From NCBI GenBank assembly GCA_002633005.1, contig NMRA01000355.1, forward strand, positions 197,390 to 261,389: DNA of 64,000 nt, in the 5' to 3' direction. The translations under genes were made by a program, and so were the position numbers. This DNA is from Phoronis australis (lineage: Eukaryota > Animalia > Phoronida). Shown in pieces: positions 10,801 through 22,800 of this stretch (the first letter of the stretch is position 1; each line of letters starts with the position of its first letter). The notes under the pieces are model-generated. The model had not been told where the DNA came from, made no database searches, and saw nothing but the letters and a program-made list of their open reading frames with translations.

Positions 10801-13800
10801 ATGACGTTCCCGTTGGTAGGTTTACTCTCTTCGCCATAGCGCGTCAATGGATGACGAGAACCGGTCGACGTGAAGGCATGATCACCAGATTTCCGCTGTT
10901 TGTAATACCTCACGGCAATGAGACTTGCCACTCCACATATGGCCGCGAAGACCACTACGCCCACTGTTATATAAATCTAAAAGAGTAAAGCGAGAGTCCC
11001 CCTTAAAATTAATTCCGGTTTAACCTAAAGCAGTACACTTTGCTCAGGAACATAAGACATGGCAGTTTCTAAAGTCACACCAATGCGTGACAGTCATCGA
11101 AATTTTAATTTGAACCCTCACCAAAGAGTTTCTCATTAAATAGGATTACAGTCTCAGCTTGACCTGGTCTTAGAATTAGGTCACATGTCACAGCCACGGG
11201 AGCTGCAGATCTTAATACATATTCTTACTGCCCGGTTCTGATAACGACAGCTCCTTTAGTTTATCTGGGGTACCAGTGCTGAATTAACGAGGAAGTTGGC
11301 TAAATAGTCTGACCAGCTGTTTTAATGTGGTTATCAAAGCTCACACCAGGCAATCCCTTGCTGTCGCAGACACAACACCTAAGCCATGCCTTTGCGGTAA
11401 AAACACTCTCTTATACAAAACACGGGAATTAACAGATTGTATGATATCTCGTATTAAACATGTCGTCGTTACCGTATTTTTGTTAGAGTCATCAGCGTTC
11501 ACGTTCTGAGGTTGTATTTCGTTCGTGCCACTTCCGGCTGTAGAAAGTATCCTTTTCGTGCTGTCTTTTGGAGCCTTGCTACTTTCTGGTCGACCAGGGA
11601 GACTAGGTCCCGGTGGTTTAAACTTTGGAAAACGCGTGCCTGTCGTCAGATAGTTTGCATAAAATGTTCTGGCCTCATGAATTGTATTCTGTTTTGGTTA
11701 ACTCAGTATAACACTCTAAAAACAAACTTTTAACTTGATACAACAAACAACATAAGATGCCAATAAATAAAACAAATAACTATTGCCACACGGGTATCAT
11801 CAACTCGCAAGATGTCGCTACTGAATAAACTGAAAAGCTCATATTTTACTCAAATGACACATTGAACCCTTGCCCCAAGAACATCCCGAACACAGCTATT
11901 TGTTCTCGCCTTGTCGATACTCAGTGAATACCTTTCCGTCACCGTGCCATCCAATCAAGCTTCACGTGTCATAGATTGAATTGTTCCGTGATAATGACAT
12001 GCCCTCTTCAAAGCAGGCGCGCGTTCAGTAGACGCTAGGACCTACGCTAGGACCTACAATGTAGCTAAAACCTAGTCAAAGTCACGTGTTCTCATTTAAA
12101 ATACACGGCAATATCTCGCGTAATCTCGCGAAGTCTTGCTTTTTAGCGAGGTCCTAGCGTTACTGAACGGGAGGCAGGTCTTGTGATGCAGCAGAGCTAA
12201 CAAAAAATGAAAACAATAACATCCGGTAAATCACTCACCAGGGTGCTTCAGAAAGTTTGCGATCACAGATTGGGTGTCGGAGCCAAATTCATTCTCGACC
12301 ACGAGTGTATACTTTCCGTTATTGCCGTGAGATGCCGTTTTAAACTCAAGGCATCCCCAAAGGACATCCAGCTAAGAACATAAAAGTGTCGTGTCAGATC
12401 TATTACAGATGCTTGGTACAGAAATGTTCTGCAATCATTTACCGAGGAAGGCCAAAGCTTTGCTCACTCCAAAAGCAGACTTGTTTACTAACAAACACAA
12501 AAAGGTTTTGAATTAAAAGGTCAAAACATGCGGGAATAAGATCTTGAGGAAACTCTTGGACTTATACACGTAAACTTTCGTCTTTTTATGGATGGCCTAA
12601 ACTGGTGCGTGCGCATTTCATTATACGTATTTATTGGAGGTTGCGAGCTCCATAGGTAGGTATTCATTTCTTATGGATCACTTGAAAACGAGCTAGCAAA
12701 CACTGTGCACTGCATGCTTCAAGCAATCCTCACAAGGGCCACTGCAGAGATCTTACCTCGTCGGTGGCTCTGTGTGGTATGAATCTATCCCCTATGACTT
12801 CGTTCATCATTAGCAACTTTCCATTTTTATACCAGGTTTGGCTAGGTCGTGGATAACCCTTCACTATATATACTATGCACCAATGAAAGTACTCTCTTGG
12901 GGCCGACAGTTTCAGTATGCGGGGCTTGGCTGAAATAAAAAATTTGGTAATAAATAACCAGGTACATGTAATATAAGACAGGTTTGTCCTTGACCTCCCT
13001 TTAGCTCTTAAAAGTAGCCGAAGTTTGGTCCCAAGAACATGCAACACCTTTTCAGACATTGGACACAGGCAATCGCGGAACACTTCTTTTATTTATAGTT
13101 TTATAGACAGATCTCTTGACTGAAAACTGGTGTTCCTTTTAATCTTGGAAGTGATCAACAAGCATAGACGGCACTGGAAACGTTCAACAGATGAACTAAA
13201 TAGTAAATACTTACAATTTACATAAAGACTTAGAGATTGTATAGCTCGCCCCACGATATTTTGTGCGACGCACCGTATTGCGCGACTGTCATTGGAATGT
13301 ACGACATCTATGGTCAGATTTTTCACCAATCCGTCGGCACTACTTTGTATCCTAAAGAATAAAACAAACGACATGGCAATGATGATTCCAGTTCATAAGA
13401 CTACAGCACTGACACAAAGGAAACTACAATGGTGTTGAGTATGCATGAATTCAATGGTCAGTACCCACGGGAAACTAGGTCGTATGCTCGTCACATAGAG
13501 ATCGGTACATAGGCGTATTCATTGTTTTTCTTTCTTATAATGTTATAATAAAGATGATGGCAAGCATTTGTCGGTAACCGGTGTCGTTTTTTGTGTCATT
13601 GCAAAACATGAAGACACATGACTTCTTTTGTGTTTATCTGTCATCCACTCTCAAATAAACTAGGTATGTTTCAAAGCAGTGAGCTTCTTTTGACAAATAT
13701 TGTCGTCTGTGATGTAACGTTTCACAAAGGATAAGACTTTATCCCATACGCATTAAATCTGTCGAGGGAAAGGCGGCCATACAATAAAGTTTTCCGTATT

Positions 13801-16800
13801 CACCTCCCGCACTACTTCAACAGTGACCTCTGACATATGGAAAGTTCAAAAGGTAGGTCAATGTCGACTCGACGTCTTAGCCGGTTCTATCATCAAACTT
13901 TCCGAATATAGTTTAAAGAAATTCAGTTGCAGCAGTGTAACTAAAACTCGAAATGCAAACAGGCCCTAAAAGTAAAATCTGTAACAAAAATATAAGACAC
14001 TTATTTCTCAGTTTTCAGTTGTTGAATACCATATCATCTGCAACTCAGGCGCCGATTCCTAGGAAACTAAAACATCAGATAATGTTGTTTTTAACTATTT
14101 CCAGGAGATGTTACAAGTTCACTGCACAGTTGACGTTGTTTTCATCCGTGTTACCTCTTTTCAAGAAATAAATCGTTACTTTTAAAACTGTTTCTTTTAC
14201 AAGAGAAAACTTGCAACCTAAGGAGCAAGTACATACATACAGGATGTGATCCGCCATGTGAACAGTCTGGGTCATGTATTTAAAAAAACCTGCCGAAAAA
14301 ATGTAAGAAACTTAGCGTATGGGATAAATTCGGTTGAGGTCGATACGCGGAATAAGGTCGAGTGGGATATTACTTCATGTACGTCAATCGAGGTACGTTT
14401 TGTGTATGTACTTATAGCGTATGTACTCCGGCAGTCTTTCTCGAAATATCTGAAATGTCAATTGTTTCTGAAAAAGGAATTTCTCTCAGATCAGCGAAAC
14501 TATACATAATTGCTAGTTGTTCAGATAAGTTAGTTCGAAGCTGTGACGTGCTAACAAGCAGGCCCACGTGGCAAAAACTTTGACCCTTAATTGTGAAGCG
14601 GAGGTCACAATTGGAAACGCCTGATGTACATTCAAGTCTTCAGTCACTTTTCATGGGAAAAGCCCGAATGATATGCACGTTATTTGTTGTGCAGGAATAC
14701 CTTATTAGGACTCATTTGCCAGTAATTTTTAGGTCATACTATTAACAGAAAATTGAGAAATAATAAACGCGTTTGCGTGAGAGACTATATTGAAGTCTAT
14801 ATTATGTAAAAGTATTGCGTAAATACTTCTGTATAGATGAGAGCGTTAGTTGACAATTGTCTGTCATTGATGTGGACAAAAGCTCGTTGTGGTTTTATGG
14901 CATAATACTTCAATAAGATAGATGGATAAGCAACAGGAGTCACAGTCTTGCATGTAATTGACCTTTTAAATGTTAAACATTTGCCTCGTTATATTTATAT
15001 ACATAAGTAAGCAGAGTTTGAGTAACGTTTTGGCGCCAAATGGGACCTTCCTCTTTTCTAACGGAATTTTAAGGAATAGCCTAAAACCATGCAGGCGTAT
15101 GCAGTGAAGATTAAATTTCTTTCCTCCACTGTGAACATTCACCACTAACTTCATTGCACACGCCGTATTCAAACAGTCAATCGACGAATTTTATTTCTTA
15201 GACGTATCAAACCTCCTTACGACTTCTTTGAAGCCTGGAGGAAACTCGTTTCCAGGCAACACACGTTTCAACCACCCGTACAAATCTTACATTGATTTCA
15301 AAACGATTGAAAATTTTCATGACATCCTGCTTTCACTGCACTATAACTCAGAGAGAAGATTCGTGTGGGCAAGTCGCCAAAGCGAAATGCTGGCTGTGCT
15401 ATGAAACTTTCGTGATATGAAATCTCTATTCACTGTAAATCTAGATTATGTGCTTCGAGACCGTCATCACAGATAATCTATCAGTGTCATTCTGCTTTTC
15501 GTCATAGCCCGGTCGTATGCAGGTAGGTGTATCTTTTTTGTTTTTTAACCATGTATTGGAAATTTACCATTTGACAATTCAATATAACTTTATACCATCT
15601 TTGTGTAATTTTAAACATTTATATGAGTAGCAACTATAAATAACTGACAATATTACCATGGTAAACTTTGAGCACTAAGCAATGGTTGATATGTTTTGGC
15701 GCAAAGTTACGTCACACAAAGGCATGAAATTACGCGATCGTTCAATCTGTCTCAACAATAGGCAAGTTGTCGTGTTTTGAAGAATTATTGATACAAGAAT
15801 TGGTATCTGTTGATCTTATACACATTCGAAAGTTTACAAAGCGTTTCTTTACTTAGAGTCGAGATGGATTGAGTTACTCTAAAGGGCAGGTTCGGAGCAT
15901 GCCTAATATTAAGACAATATGCGATTTTAGTTCTAGCATAACTGAGAAATTCAGCCAATGAGCGAGTGGCCTTGAGGACTGTTTGGCAATGCGAAGTGAG
16001 CAACTTATTTTGAATACATTGATCGGGAAATGCGATGGAGACGATTGCCAAGATATCATTGCCAGTCCACAAAGCGTTGATGGGCGGGATAGCCTTAGTA
16101 TTTTAATGCATTCGAAAATATGGAAATAAATACCTTGCGAAAGCTAATATGTTTTATACCACAATTTTTGCGTCGAATGGCAGATACAACCGTGTAATAA
16201 CCCATAAAGTTTTATCACTAGTGGGATAACATTTTGGCGGGAAACCGAGGCCGGATTCGAAATCGGGCCTCAACAGTGGCGAGTCGCCGACTTTACCACT
16301 ACACCACTCAGCGGCTGACTTCATCAAACGTGAAAATATAATACTTAAATGAGCACGCGCAACAATCGCATGTTCAGCAAAGGGCATTGCACCGATATTT
16401 ATACGCTATGAAAAATAAGACGCATAATTTTCATAAAAACGATATCTTAATTCTGTGAATTTTTTTCTCTCGTGTTCTCTCACTTGTAAATCACCGATCT
16501 CCAATTTGAATGCGGGTATCGTGTCGTCGGAATCCTTTAACTTTGCATTATACTCAGTTACTATTGGTAACCTACTTTAGCAGACGATATTTTCCCGGTC
16601 GAAGCTTAGCGTGATAAAATGTGTAGTAAGCTATAATAGTTGCTAAACCTTAATTTACAGATTCACTTCATTTCTATTTTGTTTAAATTTTCATTTGGTT
16701 TTGAGTAAAAGCATTATTTGACAAAAATAGCTCGGCTTTTCTTAAAAGGTCACGACCTCCGACCCCGGGCCTCTGACATAGCAAGTAGTTACAAAGCCCA

Positions 16801-19800
16801 GGCGAGTCGAGAAAGGTAGATCGCTTCATTGTAATGTTTCTCACTCAGTATGTGGTATAAATAGATTATTACATGTTCCCAGTCGTTATCCCCCTTATCT
16901 AGAGCCCGAGTGGATTTTGGAGAATTATCGCCCGAGGGTAAGATGCACCACTATGAAAAGTTCAATTGAGAAATGAACCCAAACCCTTTTGCAAATATTA
17001 ATGCAGTGGGTGTATGAAAACTCACTTATACTGCGACGCAATCGTCGTAGTGTTCCAGTAAACGGTTGGCACAGGATGGCCCCATCCTCGACACGTCACT
17101 ACAACACTATCTGAGGAATTCACCGTAACAACGCTGGAAGACAAGGTCGACTGGGGTTTCTCTGAAAGAGAAGGATGAATTCCAGTAGCTGAGTTGTCAG
17201 TGAATCCGTTTACTGCTACAGTTCACATGTTGTATAGAATTGTTCATAAACCAACCATACATTAGTTGTAGTAAATGTGACTTTCATATAGCACTAGTTG
17301 GGATATTTTTTCTGAGTCAATGTAGTAGCACACATTTGCGACGTCATTGAAAACGGTTTATGGCCACGAAAAACACACATTGAAATGACTCATGGTTCAA
17401 CTTAAAAACAAGCCAGCGAACACATTAGCCATGCTTTACCAGTTTTGACCTGGCTTGTACTTTGCAAGAAGAATCCATGAGATGCTTGTACATTTAAGTT
17501 CTAGTTTTCGGTATGTAATTAACGTGGGGAAGACATTTCGAATTTTAAAATAAGTAACATGATTGGAAGATTAACATTTAAATATCTAACCTCTGGTTCT
17601 ACTTTAATTCGTTTCAAAGACGAGTTTAAAATCAATGAAACGCTCTACAACAGATTAAAACCCGACACTTCACTGGATGGTAGAAAACATGCGCCCCGCA
17701 CATGCGCGAAACATCACAAAACTAAGGCAAGTCGTCGACACAAAATTGCAACAGAATGCATTCATATGTTTATGAACAAACCATTATAATAAATAGACCC
17801 ACCACAACCCGTAATATTAACAGTAAGCAAATCTTCCTGGCGTTCGACTCCGTGTCTTGTTGTTACGCACATTAACGATGTGTCGACAAGACCTCTCGCC
17901 AGAATGTCGTTTTGTAAGAGTTGTAACCATCGAATACTGCAGTTGCAAACCAGCGGGTTACCGACGACAATTCTGAAATATTGAATCATAACTGATTTAT
18001 GACACAGTTTTGTTTGAGACTTATGTAACTGGAGCGTGAACGTTGAAACTGCACTTTTGCCCGGCCAGAAATGAAGACCAAGTTAGACTTCCACCTGGTG
18101 AAATCGGTCTCACAATATCCCTTTGCCCCTTCATTGTCAATAACAACAACAAAGCCGTCGGCGACTCAAGAAAACATTTCAGAGTTTGTTGGGTTGACTA
18201 ACTCCATAATTGCGGATTCAACAATGGCACATGTACGCGTTGCTTGCGGCTTGAGATGTCGGCTCCTTCGCATTAATTCAAGGTCGGGTGCGCGTGGTGT
18301 TGCTTTTGAAGCCCATAAGCAGTTAAGTTAGAATTCAACATTCAACAGTTGATATCTCTTCCACGTTGTCTGATATGAAAAGAAATTGTTGAAACACTGG
18401 TTGAAATGATAAACAATATCCTGACATTGCACTGTTCACCATTATTGTTTTTATACGCTGTTGATGGCAACATTTTTAATAGTGTCAACTTCTTATACGT
18501 CTACGCGTTCGAAATATTTACGAAAGAAAAGTTTTCGGTAGCAAACTACCAAAAGTCTGAAAAATGTCTCCAGGACACACTTGTTTCATGTTAAAATGCA
18601 AATATCTCATCATATTGAAGATTCCAAATGGGGAACACGTTTATTAAATCTTTTCCTGATTGTAACATTGAACAGTCATGCAGTTCGCGTTGTACTACAC
18701 TTGGCAGCATGCATTAGAATTTACACATTCATCCGGTTATACGAGGTAGTCGCTTCATTAAAAGCCTGACAATATATTGTCGATGCTACTTTGTTATCAT
18801 GTAGGGTTGACTTAGGCACATGTGGCACCTTTAAGCGCACCTTCCCTCCACCGTATAAGCATCCATACATCAGGGTTTTCGTGAAGGGTCATAACCGGCC
18901 CAACAATCACATTCAATGCGCAAACACAACTGAACTCAGACTATGGAGGTTTCTCCGTTTGGTTAAAAAGTGTATGCAGAAATTAGTAACCGGAAACTCC
19001 TTGTTGGGGCGAATTTTATATCTGTGCTGACCAACTGTTTGTGGTTTTTAGTAACTAAAGATAACATAAAAACTTTGCGAAAACCAAGAATTAACAAGTG
19101 TCAGCAGGTGGTGCAAAAACTTACAGCTGAGTAATTCGTTTCAGTGGCTCGATGACTTTCCATGATAACGACTTTAACTTGTTCAATCTCAAATCCCTGG
19201 AAAGAAAATTGCAAATTGCAGACCATTATGTCATTTGTTTGCCTCTACGACGACAAGAAGTGTCGCGTAAGTGTAAGCGCAGTAGCTTACGCGTGAAGCA
19301 CTCGCCTTTTTCTTGAGCGAATTTGCGTACTCTTGCGTTACCTCGCCTAACCCGTGACAAACTACGGAACGCAGCGCTGGCCAGGATTCCGCTGCAATCA
19401 GAGAATCATGTGAGCTATGTGCAACACTCAGATTATGACGATTTTAGTCGTTTACTACACGTCATGATATCATAAACAGCCAAAAGGTGGCGTTCTTGCT
19501 CTATGATTATGGGTAGTGCTGTTCAGGAAATAACAGAACCATTATCTAAAGCAAATCGGCTTGTTTTGTTCGACTTTATGGCAACCGGGAAAACGTTTTC
19601 TTGTTTTGGCTCGTCTGTGTTGACAATTAAAAGCCGTTCAAACATCGACTTGTAACATTATCAATCTGAATAGGCTGGCGAATCACCACTGGATAGGCAA
19701 AGAAATTTAATTTCACTGATAAAAGTCAGTGTCGTATCTTTACATGATAGAAAGATAACAATCTGGCCATCACGGAAAGCTGCGTTAATAGCAGTCGACA

Positions 19801-22800
19801 AAAATAGCCTCAGGTTGGCACTGCCAGCCTCAAATCACATTTTTAAAAACAGTGTTACGTGTTTTTCCATAAGTGCAAAGCCAAAATAATTCGCAACATT
19901 GAAATTACCCCTGACCGGGTGGCGAAGTACTGTAGACTTACGCAAACGTAGCTGTACTGTAAGGTGCAGTTCACAGACCAATAAAAGCATAAGCCTGTAA
20001 CAAGGTGTATTCCATGAAAGACTTGACAAGCTGAGCATTAATTTGGAGAACGCAAAACACTTTTGCTATTGTCAACTGTTCGGATTGGTGAAAAATTGAC
20101 AAATGTCATCGTTTTCCAAAACGTACATATCTGGTAAGACCAGAATTAAGACAAAATGTAATAATACACTTCGGCTCAAAACTGCCTCCAGATTACTCTA
20201 CACTTGCCAGATCTGTCTGAAATTGCCAGGCAATGCTTTCTTCTTGGTATCCTACCTGAAAGTTAACAAAAAGGCGGACGCCAAATACGTTAATCGTCAT
20301 TGGTGGGCACAGGCAGCCTTAATTTGTTCTCTTTACAACTTCGATGACAAAAATGCTTTTTGAGGTAGGCTTCAAATTCCCACGCAGCCCACATTGGGTC
20401 AAACAAAAGTCCCAAGCCTTTGACTTGAATCCATCAACTTAGCAACGGTGGGTCAATAACAAAGTACATTCCGTCCATAGGGACATCAAGTGGAATCAGA
20501 CAACAGAAGGTTCCACTCAAGGAACGGAATAAAGCAACATTTTAAGATGTCGCTACGCTGGGGCTTTAGAAGTTGCATTTTTATACTTACAAGCTTGTTA
20601 TATTTGTATTGTTGATAAAGTTGTCTGGGTGAATTCGTCGAAGGCCACTCTTTGAAACAGTCCTGGAAAGTAGAGAACGTATAAACCCACCAACGTCATC
20701 CGGTAAATACACCATACTAGGGGTTCCTCAATGTGTTTACTTTGTTTTGGTGATACAGGTCCCTGAATGAGGCTCTTGGGACCGTGAAACCCCTACTTAT
20801 TGATAACATGAATAAAAACAGCAATGCAGACATGGTTACGGACGAGCTACATGTGCAGTAGTTTTCAAAATGAATCGCGAGTAAACATCCATTTCTTTTA
20901 GGCTACAATTTACAAACCTCTCTAACACAGGTTAACTCACGACAAAATCACGGCAGGTGTCGCTCCATTCTCACTTCGTCGATCGGAAATCGCTACACCT
21001 CGTTTGCCGTGTGCAAGGCCATTCACAAAAGAATAACCTCGGTGGTTCCCTGCGTGCCGCTAGGTGGTAGCCAGCACGCAGGTACCACTTAATTTTCCTC
21101 GGAATTTTTTTTACACCGGCGTTTTTGATTGGCTGGCCGAATTCTCAACAGGCAGCGCTTTACGCAAACAAACTGGCATGACTGATGGAGGAAGTGTAAA
21201 TGTGGTCTGTTGTACAGACAAACCGGTGCTTCAAATTCATGTTCAAGAAATGTGAATCCCTGAAAATTGTGGTTGCTCCTTTTCAGAGTGCATTTTTCTA
21301 CTGTCGCTGACTTTTGTTTACGTTGCTGTCCTGTATTCATACAATGTGAATATCACACTAGTTAAATCGGCCAGATGACAGCGTGTTTATTGTATATGTA
21401 TGTGCTTCAAGCACACGGCTATTAAACATTAGGCCTACTGCAGAAACGAAATAGTTGTTGCTACGCCACTTGCATGACAAGGCTAAAAATCGTTCATAGT
21501 CCGCCATCTTCCCACTCTGTTGTAAAGCTAACCAATGACTGCCGAGATTACATCAACCAATGATAAAGCGCGTGCTACAGCGTGCTATCTGCGTGCTGGC
21601 TACCAAGCGGCACGCAGGGAACCAGCGAGATGAGTAACCAGCAACTACATGTAATGGCAATAACGGTAAATTGAACTGTGTTTAAATTGCGGTAAAAATG
21701 CTTTTGTACTGTAACGAAGTTCAACTAAACTGCGAAATAATTCTAGCTAGTTTGACCATAGACTATAGTACATGGTCCGCCAACTCCGTATATTTTCAAT
21801 GGACGAAATCTGTGCTGTTCCGCACAACGTTACGTCATTATTTACACGCAACATCTGGCCCAATTACGTCAGTAGTATGATTATTATTTCCGTCAAGTAC
21901 GTCGTCTGCTAATCATGGTCGGCTGTTGTGTGGTCGGGTGGTAGTAGCATTGTTAAAAGTACTCACGATACCAACAGTTCCGCTATTTTAAGATTTTGAA
22001 CAGCGTTTAAATGCCGAAGTTATTATTTTGTTTTCATTGTACTATACAGTAAAATAGATGTGAGAATTTCCCGTCACAATACACTAACGGGAAAATGAAT
22101 CAGATAATTTAGGATAGTGGGGTCGCCTCTAGGATAGTACGGAAGAAAATGTCGGAGTTGCGAATCTGTTGTCTATGGTTTGACAGAGTTTGACAGAGCT
22201 TTGTCTAAAACTGCTGTAAACGAAACAAATGAATGTTTATGCCAATGACAGTTTCGTTAAAACATATTAAAATATCCAAACGCTCAGGGTGTCACCTCCC
22301 TTCTTAAACTTTCGCTGACCATGACCTTGGCATTTGTTTCTTCATACTCACAATCGTGTTAGATTTGGATAAAGTCCCAGTGCGTCTTTCGATAGTTCCG
22401 CTAGGTGGTCCTGGTTCTTTATTGTTCTGAAAAGCAAACGTGTCAACGCCAATGGTAGGTATCTTCTTGTTAGAGTTGCATTTCAACGTTTCGCTAGCTA
22501 AATAGTTAGGCCCCATACTTTCATGAAATCAACCTAGTAATATTTCGTATCGTAATAGAGTTTTAGTTGCAATACCAACAAAGAAATCGAAATGATGAAC
22601 AACTCATAGTTTATTGAGGTTCGCAAACCTCAAAATGATACATTTTAGTTATTTTGAATGGTACCTCAAATAGAATGCTATCAGAGTAAGGTATGCAATG
22701 AGACTGATTGTATGAGCGTAAAACATGCGCGCAGCCAATTGGCGGAATGGACAAAAAGGTCCGCCTCAGAGAAGCAAAATCCCCGAAAAAAAGTAAAAAT

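Noticed and set aside
22304-22516. 70-aa ORF overlapping exon 2
   Set aside because: Wrong frame; the splice-defined frame gives the LRR.
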